From the IMG/VR virus record IMGVR_UViG_3300006735_000038, positions 1-57,074 of that record: DNA of 57,074 nucleotides, one strand, 5' to 3'. How positions within the stretch are numbered: the first letter of the stretch is position 1; each line of letters begins with the position of its first letter. Below, in pieces: positions 1-10,300 of this stretch. The notes under the pieces were generated by a model. It saw only the letters and a list, made by a program, of their open reading frames with translations. It had not been told where the DNA came from and did no database searches. Source of the stretch: a virus (taxonomy: Duplodnaviria; Caudoviricetes). Position numbers and translations under genes: made by a program.

Positions 1-63
1 AAGGTCCTTGTCAATATCGGCATCAATCTCAACCTTTATGACTACCTTATCTGATACAGCCAT
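1..63 (-). CDS. Probable tape measure protein, N-terminus only (runs off window)
   Basis: Read by hand: GGAG RBS, then ATG at 63, giving MAVSDKVVIKVEIDADIDKDL... It lies directly downstream of the tail chaperone pair, the usual tape-measure position. Only 21 codons are visible. Confidence 0.55.
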   Translation of the reverse strand, partial: MAVSDKVVIKVEIDADIDKDL

Positions 64-119
64 CAAACACTCCTACAGAACTAATTCGTATTCTCTACAT
101 ATTCTATAGAAATTTCATA

Positions 120-332
120 TTATCCGTAGCCACCAACTGTTCCCTTTCTTTGCCTTTCTCGCTCTTTATGATCGTTAGAAAGTGCTTGTGCACAGGCTAT
201 TCTCAACAGCCAAGTATCTTCATCACAGTTCATTAATGCTATAGGATCAGTATGAAAAGCTTCCGCAAGCCTAGCCGCCGATATTATTCTAGAATCTTGG
301 GCCAGCTGCTCAACTAGCCCTTCGTAGGGTCT
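120..332 (-). CDS. Tail assembly chaperone frameshift extension (gpGT-like, -1 frame)
   Basis: 70-codon open frame (RPYEGLVEQLAQDSRIISAARLAEAFHTDPIALMNCDEDTWLLRIACAQALSNDHKERERQRKGTVGGYG*). It overlaps the last codons of 314..844, has no start or RBS at its 5' end, and sits between chaperone and tape measure. Confidence 0.65.
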   Translation of the reverse strand, partial: RPYEGLVEQLAQDSRIISAARLAEAFHTDPIALMNCDEDTWLLRIACAQALSNDHKERERQRKGTVGGYG

Positions 333-844
333 TCAGCATCCACTTCGTCGCCGTAGCCTGCATAATCTAGAATCTTCAAAGCAGTTGACTCAAGATGAGG
401 ATCTACAGCATAGAAAGCTCTAATAGCATCAGGTAAAGGCTTTGTTGTATTAGTCATCTCCATAATTGCAGGAGAAGCAAAGTTCAAAGCATAACCAGCA
501 TCATCTTCAACAAGTTCATCATTAAAATAGATTCCAGTAACAGTCTGGCCAATCACATAACAAGAAAACTTAATTGAATCCAATTCATCTGTCTTCCTAT
601 TTGTAGAATTACGTCGCCAAGACTTCAGTTGCTCATTTGAGATATTAGGCGAGAACCTAACACTAACCCCGTCACGCTCAGGAACAGGCACCTCAATATC
701 TGGTCGAGTTACTTCTCGAGTAATTTCTTCACGTAACTGATCAAGTATTGAGCCTTTAGCTACTTTTTCTTCTTTAGCTTCATCAGCTTTCTTAGCTTTA
801 GGAGCCGCACTAGGTATTTCTATGTCTTCTTTTATATCATCCAT
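314..844 (-). CDS. Tail assembly chaperone (gpG-like)
   Basis: Acidic 176-aa ORF between tail tube/lysin and the probable tape measure; ends EDPTKG* with an overlapping -1 frame downstream. Confidence 0.65.
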   Translation of the reverse strand: MDDIKEDIEIPSAAPKAKKADEAKEEKVAKGSILDQLREEITREVTRPDIEVPVPERDGVSVRFSPNISNEQLKSWRRNSTNRKTDELDSIKFSCYVIGQTVTGIYFNDELVEDDAGYALNFASPAIMEMTNTTKPLPDAIRAFYAVDPHLESTALKILDYAGYGDEVDAEDPTKG

Positions 845-876
845 GTTTATATCCTACTCAAAATAGTATTTCAATG

Positions 877-1611
877 TCAAGCGGTAAGCTCTGCCCATGT
901 CTTTTTACCAACAATTCCATCAGCAACAAGGCCTTCATCTTTTTGGAACCTCTTAACAGCTCGCTGTGTAGCAGGACCAAAATCACCATCAATACCTGTA
1001 CGGTTCTTGTGACGAGTTAGCTTATAGCCCTGAGCGACCAAAAGTTTTTGCAAAAGCTCAACAGCTTTACCCTTACTACCTCTACGCAAAACCTGTTTGG
1101 TACAAGCAGCAATATATTTACCAACAGCAGTCTCTGGCTTTTCAACAGCCTTAGTAATTTTCTTTTCACCCTTAATCTTAGAAGCCTCAAACCAAACAAA
1201 CTTACCACCAGAAACATATCCGGGTTGGTGATGCCACCACTCAGAAGGCACAGTCTTTTGAATACCATACTCTTTAGCAATCGCATTAACTTGGGTAGTA
1301 GATATGCCTTTACCAGTAATTCTAAAATCGACAGCATAACCGTATGAACCAAATGAAGGTTGAGCCATGTGATAGCTGCCTTGGAAGCCATTCGACTTCT
1401 TTCTATCAGGGTTTGCCGCTAGGTTAAATCCCGGTTTACGCTTAACCCATCCATCATACAGGTGCTTTTGCTGTTGATACGTGCGAACCCCTGAAACAAC
1501 CTTAACTTTTCCTTTGATACGCGGATCAGCAAAAAATGCTTCTAAACGATCTTTGAAACGAGGATGCAACTCTTCTAAGCGCACCCACTTGCTTGTTGTT
1601 GGTATAGCCAT
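877..1611 (-). CDS. Endolysin: M15-like Zn peptidase plus C-terminal peptidoglycan-binding domain
   Basis: SGVRTYQQQ..LY, SYH..AVDF and EWWH peptidase motifs; C-terminal DGDFGPATQRAVKRFQ...ADGIVGKKTW (PG_binding_1 type). Confidence 0.85.
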   Translation of the reverse strand: MAIPTTSKWVRLEELHPRFKDRLEAFFADPRIKGKVKVVSGVRTYQQQKHLYDGWVKRKPGFNLAANPDRKKSNGFQGSYHMAQPSFGSYGYAVDFRITGKGISTTQVNAIAKEYGIQKTVPSEWWHHQPGYVSGGKFVWFEASKIKGEKKITKAVEKPETAVGKYIAACTKQVLRRGSKGKAVELLQKLLVAQGYKLTRHKNRTGIDGDFGPATQRAVKRFQKDEGLVADGIVGKKTWAELTA

Positions 1612-1684
1612 TGTACTTCCTTAAATAAATAGTTCCTATATATATTTTATAAAAATTCTAAGGTCATGCAAGTGGTACTACACA

Positions 1685-1710
1685 AGAAAAGCCACTGCAA
1701 TGCAGTGGCC
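1685..1710 (-). terminator. Intrinsic terminator after tail tube
   Basis: GCCACTGC-N3-GCAGTGGC perfect 8-bp stem (1691-1709) followed on the minus strand by TTTTCTT. Confidence 0.75.
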
Positions 1711-1741
1711 ATCCCTGTAGTAATCTAAGTATTATTTAATT

Positions 1742-2233
1742 TTATAATGCGCCAGCGCTAGTACTTCCCTCTGAAGCTACAGTACTAATTGAAAAAGTCA
1801 ATGAGTAGGTAGCAGGAGCACCTGAAGCGGCATCACCGTCAGGCTCAGTTAATCCAACAAGCAACGCTTTTGGATAAACTCTCTCTGTACCAGCTACTTT
1901 CAAATCACAATCAGTTGTGTAGACAGCTAGGTCGTAGTATACTTGGCCAACAAGTGGACGAAGTTGTGCTATTTTAGAAGCATCATCACCACTAGCAACA
2001 TTATTATCGTAAAACCTGCTTACCGTAATATCGCCTATTTCAGCGGGAGCACAGAGTACTTCTGGAAAACTACTGTTTCCATCATACACTTTCTCAACTG
2101 AAGCGCTTATTTCGCCACCACTAACAGTAGCAAAATAAGTATCAAAAACTGGAACAGCAGCATGCCCTCCATTTTCAGCCTCAGGACGAGCTATAATCTC
2201 CGCTATAATTTGTCTCTGGGTTACTTTTGCCAT
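1742..2233 (-). CDS. Tail tube protein (contractile tail)
   Basis: 163 aa directly after the sheath; FATVSGGEISA...GDITVSRFYD resembles T4 gp19-like tube proteins. Confidence 0.75.
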   Translation of the reverse strand: MAKVTQRQIIAEIIARPEAENGGHAAVPVFDTYFATVSGGEISASVEKVYDGNSSFPEVLCAPAEIGDITVSRFYDNNVASGDDASKIAQLRPLVGQVYYDLAVYTTDCDLKVAGTERVYPKALLVGLTEPDGDAASGAPATYSLTFSISTVASEGSTSAGAL

Positions 2234-2244
2234 TTATATTCTCC

Positions 2245-3735
2245 TTAGATTACTGGGGTCGTAAGATTACTCTTAGAGATAGTTACTTGAATAAGATCTG
2301 CAACACCAGACACTCGCACGCCAACCTGTGCTTTAACAAGTCCGCCCGCAAGCTGTGAAGCAGGATTAATTGTACTATCCACGACTACACTGTAGCCCGG
2401 ATCAATCAATCTATTGTCATCATCATACGCTTCATAAAGGCCACCAGCGACACGAATTGGGTCTAGGAAACCTTTAATTGACGCTCTAATTCTACCAAAC
2501 AGATTACCACGAGAATCAATAGTGGAGAAAACATACTGTTCCATCCTATCTTGAACACCATAAACCAAATAGTTTATTGTGTCTCTCTGTGTAATGTAAC
2601 GCCAGTTAGATTCATCATTAGATATGGACCTAGCACCATAAACTCTGATACTATTACCAATTTTACGCAAAGCATTAATCCTTGCATCATCTAACAAATC
2701 ACCAGCTGTTGGTGAAACTTCTTGAGCTAAATCTGTAACTGTTCTAGCCGCAGAAATAAGTCCAGCCCCTGCTCGCCATGGTCCAGTCGAAACTTGAACT
2801 GCTCTTGTTCGAGCAGCAGCCGCATAAGACTCTGGTGAAATTGTTACAGTAGCTGCACCAGTCGAAGACGTGCCAGTAGCCAATTCGCTAGCAGCAGGTG
2901 CATCAACTTTAACATGTGGCCAGTAGAAAGCCATGTATGATGCTTTTGCATCAGTATAATACGCTGATGCGTTTGTTTTCGCAGTTGCCGCTGCATCACC
3001 TGAAGCAAAACCACAAAGTGCAATTCTATTATACGCTTCAGCATGATCACGCAGACCATTCCAAATAGTAGAACCATTAGCTCCGGGAATACAAACAGCC
3101 CCTGACTTAAGATTCTCACCAAACAGCGAAAGTCCTGTCACACGGTTGGCATCGGAAACTGCAGAACCGTCAGATCCACCTGACAAAGCAGTAGCAGCCG
3201 CTGTAGCTGGATTTGCTGAAGATGTTGAATCGTCAGAAACAACAATAAGATGACCAACATCTGGAGACGTGTTAAGAACATCAATAGCATCAGCCACTGA
3301 AGTTAAGTCTCTAGTTGTAGTCAACAACACTTCATCTAGATAAATTTTTATCTTAAATCCTGACACATCTGCAGCAGCAACCTGAACATCAAGATTAGCT
3401 GCCCATGCGCCCGGACTCTTTGCCGTGACAACCATGGTTGCCGAAGCTGACGAGTCATTTAATGTTATGGCCCCTGTAGCACTACCTGAACCCAAAACTC
3501 TTTGAACATAGCATCGTGTGCCACCCTCATCAAAATAGGTCTTTACATGTGCATATAAATTACCTGTCTGGTAATTTCCGTAGTAGGTCGTGTAATCACT
3601 GAAGCTGCGTAAAAGCGTAGGGGCTGTTATCGAACCTCGTTCGGCTTCTCCAGCCATGAATACTTGACCTGCCACAATGTCTCCAGTACCCACAGGACCC
3701 GTGCGTACCGCAGTGGTGACATTTACTCCCGGCAT
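2245..3735 (-). CDS. Tail sheath protein
   Basis: MPGVNV N-terminus, SFSDYTTYYG, YFDEGGTRCYVQRV, and C-terminal INALR..IRVYGARSIS..WRYI sheath signatures. Confidence 0.92.
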   Translation of the reverse strand: MPGVNVTTAVRTGPVGTGDIVAGQVFMAGEAERGSITAPTLLRSFSDYTTYYGNYQTGNLYAHVKTYFDEGGTRCYVQRVLGSGSATGAITLNDSSASATMVVTAKSPGAWAANLDVQVAAADVSGFKIKIYLDEVLLTTTRDLTSVADAIDVLNTSPDVGHLIVVSDDSTSSANPATAAATALSGGSDGSAVSDANRVTGLSLFGENLKSGAVCIPGANGSTIWNGLRDHAEAYNRIALCGFASGDAAATAKTNASAYYTDAKASYMAFYWPHVKVDAPAASELATGTSSTGAATVTISPESYAAAARTRAVQVSTGPWRAGAGLISAARTVTDLAQEVSPTAGDLLDDARINALRKIGNSIRVYGARSISNDESNWRYITQRDTINYLVYGVQDRMEQYVFSTIDSRGNLFGRIRASIKGFLDPIRVAGGLYEAYDDDNRLIDPGYSVVVDSTINPASQLAGGLVKAQVGVRVSGVADLIQVTISKSNLTTPVI

Positions 3736-3865
3736 ATTTAGCCTCCATTTTCCTTGTTATAACTTAAAATACGTATTTTTGCCCCTGTGGGCAACTAGCA
3801 AAAACGATTGCTTTCAAGTATTATATTACCACGCAGTATGCTTTGAAGGCTGGAACTAATGGTTT

Positions 3866-4303
3866 CTAGATAGTATCTTCTTTTAAACGTTTTATCTTTT
3901 GTTCTAACAAAAATTGGTCAGCCTCCGATTGGCTTTTTGCACGCCTTTGCCGCTCTTGTGCAGCGTATTCACCGAAATATAAAGAAACTGGCTTACCTTC
4001 TGGACCCATACGGCGTTTATCTAAAATTTCAGGTTTCGGGTTATTAAGGCTTTCTATACTGTATTTTTTAAGTAAAAGTCTTAATTCATCATTAGTCATA
4101 TCAGAATCAACAACTTTTTGTTGCATTTCTGTATACTGCGGATTAATTATGTCGATCATAGGTAATCCTCGGTTGAAAGCTTCTTCTGGTAATAACTGCG
4201 CAGCATCATCCAGAGCTTTCCTTACCTCTCTCTCTGTTTTTTCTTTATCATCATCAAAGAAAACATCGATCATTCTTTTTTTATCTTTTGTTGTCATAGC
4301 CAT
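3866..4303 (-). CDS. Hypothetical protein with its own leaderless promoter
   Basis: 145-aa ORF; TATAAT lies 6 nt upstream of the ATG; immediately downstream of the 2,366-aa protein. Confidence 0.65.
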   Translation of the reverse strand: MAMTTKDKKRMIDVFFDDDKEKTEREVRKALDDAAQLLPEEAFNRGLPMIDIINPQYTEMQQKVVDSDMTNDELRLLLKKYSIESLNNPKPEILDKRRMGPEGKPVSLYFGEYAAQERQRRAKSQSEADQFLLEQKIKRLKEDTI

Positions 4304-4334
4304 AACACTATTATACCCTCACACATTTAAAAAT

Positions 4335-7300
4335 CTAACGATCCCAACCAGCTGCTTCAGCCTCCGCAAGCCTAGCTGCTCTTTCAGCGGCTATTCGAGC
4401 TTCCGCTTCTGGTGTCAACTTACCTAATGCTTCATTAACTTTTTCTTGCAGCTCTGCAGGTAAATCAGGTATATCAGGATTTTGACTTGGATCAAAAATT
4501 CTTTCTTCCTTAGCTAAGCCTTCAAGTACTTTAAGAGCTTGAGCTTCTCTAATTATCCTCCATTGTGTTTCCAAAGGCAAATCCGGAAAAGTTGATACAA
4601 CCTCAGGATTTTCTTGTAAATACTCTGGCATTCCAATTAAAGTTTTCCACTTGCCAGTTTCTAAAGTTTGTTCCATCTTAAGTTTGACATTATCCTTTGT
4701 GCTACCAACACTCATATATTCTAATTGAATATCTAAACCTAAAGCTCTAATTTTATTAGCAAAGTCTTCTCTCTCTTTAGCGTACTGAAGCTCTGTCATA
4801 GCTGTAGATAAATCAGAAATTAATGTAGGCTGGTCTACTCCTGAAATAAAATATGGATAATTAATAACTGATTCTAAACCAAGTAAGGGACTCACACCAT
4901 TTTCCTCATAAAACTGATTTGCTACTCCTTCCTCTCCTGATAAGAACTCAGTTGTGCCATAGCCAGCTCCGCCTCGGCCATTAAGGGCTTCAACAGTTAA
5001 ACCTAAATCAAATTCTCTAATAATTTTATAATATTGATCAGGATTGTTTGCTTTTAATTCTCTAAATTTTTCGGTAGCTTCTTCACTTAAGCCTCCAGAT
5101 AAAATAAGTCCTTCAATTGTTTCAGTCCTTTTTTCTAATTCAACTTTTTCAGCATCGGTAAAATTAGACAGAACCTTACTATTGCCAAGGCTTGGTACTT
5201 TTTTAGCGTTAGTGGTACCTACGTTTGTATTATATTTTCGGGTTTCAAGTTTTTGAATATCACCAATATCAAAGTTGCCAAATGTAAGAGTTTCAAAATA
5301 TGAAGCATCACCAGAAATAAGTTTAAAAAAGTCTGCTTCAGCTTCACTAAACCCTGCTCTAGTTATGTCTGTCTGTTCCCTGTTAGAACGAAGATTTAGC
5401 GTAGGTATTGCTTTAGAAATCCTAGCTTTATTCTCATCTGAAGACCTCATAGCATCTCCAATTACCAGCAGTTCAATCAGCCTATTTAAGCCTCCTCCAG
5501 ACTGCCCCGTGTCTTGCTCTAACCCAATCTTAAATCCTTTATTTGCTGTATTTGTAAAATAAAAGTTAAAAAGCTCTTCAGGAGTAGCATCTTCAAGTCT
5601 GGTTGACAAGCCACCCATATTTGCTGCATCCCCAATAACTAATTTAGTTCTATCTCTCACTTCTGGTTTCAAAACAACAGACTCGCTTCCATACATATCA
5701 GCAAATCTACTAATATATTTACTTCTTTTTTCAGCTTCTGATGCTCCTTCCTCGAACTTATCGTCAGAATAAAGCTCATGAATATCTTTTGGAAACAAAT
5801 AACCTGAAGATGGAGACGCTTGTATCCTTGACGTAAACCCCGAATCAGCTTGACCAACCTCTTTATAACTTCCTACCCTTGGAAGTCCATGCTGAGCCTC
5901 TAAATCCGAACGTATACCAGATTCAGAATGGCTGCTTCTCAACTGACCAAATCTACCTACATCGTCTAACTGCTGAAAATGAGTATTTTTATAAAAGCCA
6001 TCAGCAATCATCTGATCTAAATCTGCTATTTGTACACGTATCTCTGCATCGTCATTGTTTACGATTCCATCTATAGCAAACGTAGCCTCTTCAAATAACT
6101 CCTCAGGAGTCATATTAATTAACTTATCCAAGTAGGTATCGTATATTTCTAAAGCAGCAACAAATCTAGGATTATTTAAATCTTCATCACTTACGTTAAT
6201 TTTATTTGTACCAGATCTATCCTCCGGCATAAAAACATATGCAGAGTCTACAATCCATTGCGCCCTAATATAATCTTTAAGAGTATTCTTCTCAGGATCA
6301 TTACGATCATACAGACCAAGCCTCTTCATAAGGTCCAACTTATTAACCTCTTCACCGCCCCAAAACATAACGGCTTCTAGAAAATCACCCCCCTCTACTT
6401 TTCCTTCATCAGTAAAAGTTTGAAAAACGATATCAGGCAAAGGTGAGTTAAATTCTTCTTGTCGTGTTTTTAAACGTTCAACAGCAGGTTTAGGTTTAAC
6501 CACCTTAAATAAACCTGAAGAAACAAACTCACCATAGCCTAAGTCTTTCAAAACTTGATCTTTGCCGTCTTGATTTAACTCATCCCAGTTATCGGGAAGA
6601 ATCGAATACAACTCATCAGGGTCCCAAAACCCGCCAAGCTCTCTAATTATTTGTTTAACCTCATCGTTTTTTTCCTCAATAGTATCTGCAACAATAAACT
6701 GACCTTGTGCAGTATTCGTAAGAGTCTCCTTTAACACTTCAGATTTAACCGGACCCGTACTACCTTTAGGAATCTCAGCATTAGGATCAATACCTAAACG
6801 CTCTCGAATCTCCGCATCACGCTCTTCTACCTCAGCCTGCGTCAAGGCTTTAGGTCCTAATCCACGATACGCTCCACCTTCTATAGCTAAAGCATCATCA
6901 ACAACATTTATCCAACTATCAATATCAGCAACATGGTTAGTTGATTTACCGTTGTTAGCGTTCTCGGCATCTAACTCCTGCAACGCTACTCGTAGCTCGC
7001 CTAACCGTTCATCTCTAGTCACACCAGCCGTATACGCACGATTAAGCGCAGCAAGTATTCCTTCATCTTCTAAAAACTTCTTAGAAAGCTTAGTTGCATT
7101 AGCTTCATTAATTGTTTCATTACCACGATCATCTACTGAAGTAACATCTGGATTTCGGTCAAACCTCTCAGAAACAACTTCTAACCATCTAAAGCGTTCA
7201 GGGCGTCGATTAATGTTAAGAACTCTTTCTACAGGATTATCCCCACTAGTAGTAATCTTAACTTTCATGTCATCAATTTCTTCAACACGCCCTGCAATAG

Positions 7301-10300
7301 TTACAAACGGATCTTGGGCTTCTAACTTTCTTTTCTCAATAACTTCTTTTGAATTAGCCTCTGCAAGCCTATCCGCTGATTTTAACAACACATCTGCTAA
7401 ACCAGCCCAATCAAAGTTATCTCCACGAAGCTCCTCAGGCCAATCATTCGACGTAGTGTTAAGGCCTACTTTAAGTGTATCAGCACTAAAAGTATCTCGC
7501 AAATAATTAGCAAGCGCTACTTTATCATCATCTGAAATATCATCTTGAGATAAAAGATTAATTACTTGTGTACGAAACAAATTTATATCGTCGCCTACAT
7601 CTGAAGTAAAAATAACACTATTAAAACCTCTCTCATTTATAAGAGGTATCGGAGAATTTGGATACTTCTCAATAAACTCTTGCACACTTTTATTAACTTC
7701 ATCGTTTATCTGAGCATCAGAAGGAAACTGGGCCATTTCAACAATAGACCCATCAGAACTACGCCGCCTCTTAGGCTTAAACTTTTGTCGAACAGAAGAC
7801 CCATAACTTTGACGCAGAGAAAAAGAGAGACTTCTTTGATTGCGTCCAACTATAGATCCAGATGGTAATGCTGGTGTAGGAGCATCAGCAAGATCTGTTG
7901 ATAGCATATTAGCTATCGTCGGAGAAACTAACTCATCAAACTGAACAAAATCAGATGTAGAACTATAAATATTTGTCATATAAGGGGACTGTGACGCAAT
8001 CATTCGTAAAAGATAAGCAACTTCCGTAGGATTATCGCTAAACTTTGCTATTGCTTCAATTTTTTCATCTAAATTTCTTGTTATCTCTTCAGGATCTGTA
8101 TAAATAGCTTGACTAAACGCTATCGTTTTAGCAAACCTGTCTATAGCCTCTGGAGTAACACCATTTCTTTTTAAAGAAGATAGTAACACAAATTGTACTC
8201 CAGTCCTTGCCCATATTTCTTCAGGCTTAATCAAATAATCAGCTGACATTACAAATCCGGCTGTTCCCGAATTATCTAAACTTTCATTCGCAACAAAAGA
8301 TGTAAACGCACTAAAGATAGTATTCTTTGCTTGCGGAGGAAGTCCTTGTCTGCTAAATCCAAAAGGAGGTACAGTTTGGTCTGAAATAGTGCCATCAGGA
8401 TTTTCAACAGAAAATCTTGTAGAAGCATTGAAAAAAGGAGCAGGAACTCGAACTCTATTACCAGCATAGTTTGTTCTGTACACTGCGTTTCCTGAAGGAT
8501 CTGTCATAATTTGTTCTACCAAAACTAAATCTACTGCTGTACTCTGTCCAATAATGCTACGTAAATTAGGATCACTATTTGCCATCACATCTAAAACAAA
8601 TTCTGTTCTTTCAAAAAGCTGATCAAAGCTCCCATCCCAATCCTGCATATGTTTAAGATTAACTCCTGTTTCTACTACTGTTTGCTTAAGTGCCTCAATA
8701 GACTCGGGACTTCCTGAAAAAAATTCATTATACGGATCATCTCGAGTACTATTTCTAAGCTTAACAGCAAAAACTTGTAAGATACCTGTAACTTCATAAA
8801 AAGCTCTAAACATTTCAGTCTCTTCAGGAGTTAAGGGTCTTCCTAAATTCTTTTTATAATCCTCTATCTCGCCATTAGGATCTGATAAAGTTAGCATCGA
8901 TTCAGCTAGTGCATTTACTGCAGTTTTGGCTATTTGATTCCTTATAATCAAGTCAGGATCATCTGGTAAAAGATTAGACACTTCTGAAGAATAAAGATCA
9001 GTAGCTAGCACCGATTGCATTACACGCAAACCCTGAACATTCTGAGGAGACTCCGACTGAATATATTTTTCACCGTCAGGCAATGCAAGCATAGCTACGT
9101 ACCCAAATTTATCAGAATAGGCTTGTTGTAGCTTCTCAAAATAGTTATCATATTCACGTTGAGACATATTAAAGTCGGACGCAGAAAAAACTCTCTTAGC
9201 TTCATTTAAATACACCATGAGGCTTTGATAGTTTTTAACAAACGTCTTATATTCAGGCCTCAAATAACCTTCAGTAGGAAGCTCTTTAGGAATTAAAGGC
9301 CCACCAAGATCTTTCTCAAACAAAGCATCTTTTAACGTAGTCTGTAACGAAACTGAAGTTGCAACACTAGTCAGTCCTTCAACAGGGTTTTCCAAAACTG
9401 CATACGTCAGGTTGGGACTCCGTATTTGCTTTGAGGCAAGATACGCATCTGCCTCTTCTTTAGTCGCAAACGTTGCCTCAATTGTGCTAGCATTGTTATT
9501 TGCTTTATTAATTTTGTAAACTGCATACGATCCACCAATAAACTCTTCGTTATGCATTAACTCATGGATAATTGTAATAGCCCCGTTCGCAGACAACACC
9601 CTATTCGCGGGATTAACGCTCTCCGGAGTATCACCAGATGGTAGTAATGCTAGCGCTCCTTCAGGACTTAAATCTGGATCAGCCGACTCTTCAACAACTA
9701 TTGTAGATTTAGAAATATTTAAATTTATATATCCCGCTTTATTATTTTCTATCTGTGTGACAGTGTATCCTCCTGAACCTTCTAAGGCATCGTCTTGGGG
9801 TTGGGCAAGCTCATTCTTAAAGTCTATATGAATTTTCTTGCGTGCATTAGGAAACTCCTTACTACGCTCTGACTGATCTAAAGGATTACCTCTGTTTCCT
9901 CCTATAGCCTTCCCCACTAAATCAATAACAGTACTAGCTTGTTCTTGAAGACCCTCTTGTTCTTCTGGGGTAAGATTATCAGCCATAAAATCAGGAGACT
10001 CAACATCTACTTTCTCAGTATATTCTTGACCTGCTCTAATTAAAGCTTCATCAACATTAGCTTGACTTGGGGTTTTGCCAAACAAAGGCACCTGTTCCAC
10101 ATCGCCTTCCCCTCTGTCACTCGGCGATACATTCTTTTTAACATCAGCCAACAAAGCCTTAACAGTTTCAAGATCTGCCTTATCTTTAACATACTGCTCA
10201 CGCTTCGCTTCCCACTCCTCAATAGACCTCTGCTCAGCAACATTCTGCTCAGGAACATTCAACAAACGCCTAGTACCAGAACCATCAGGATCATTAACTT

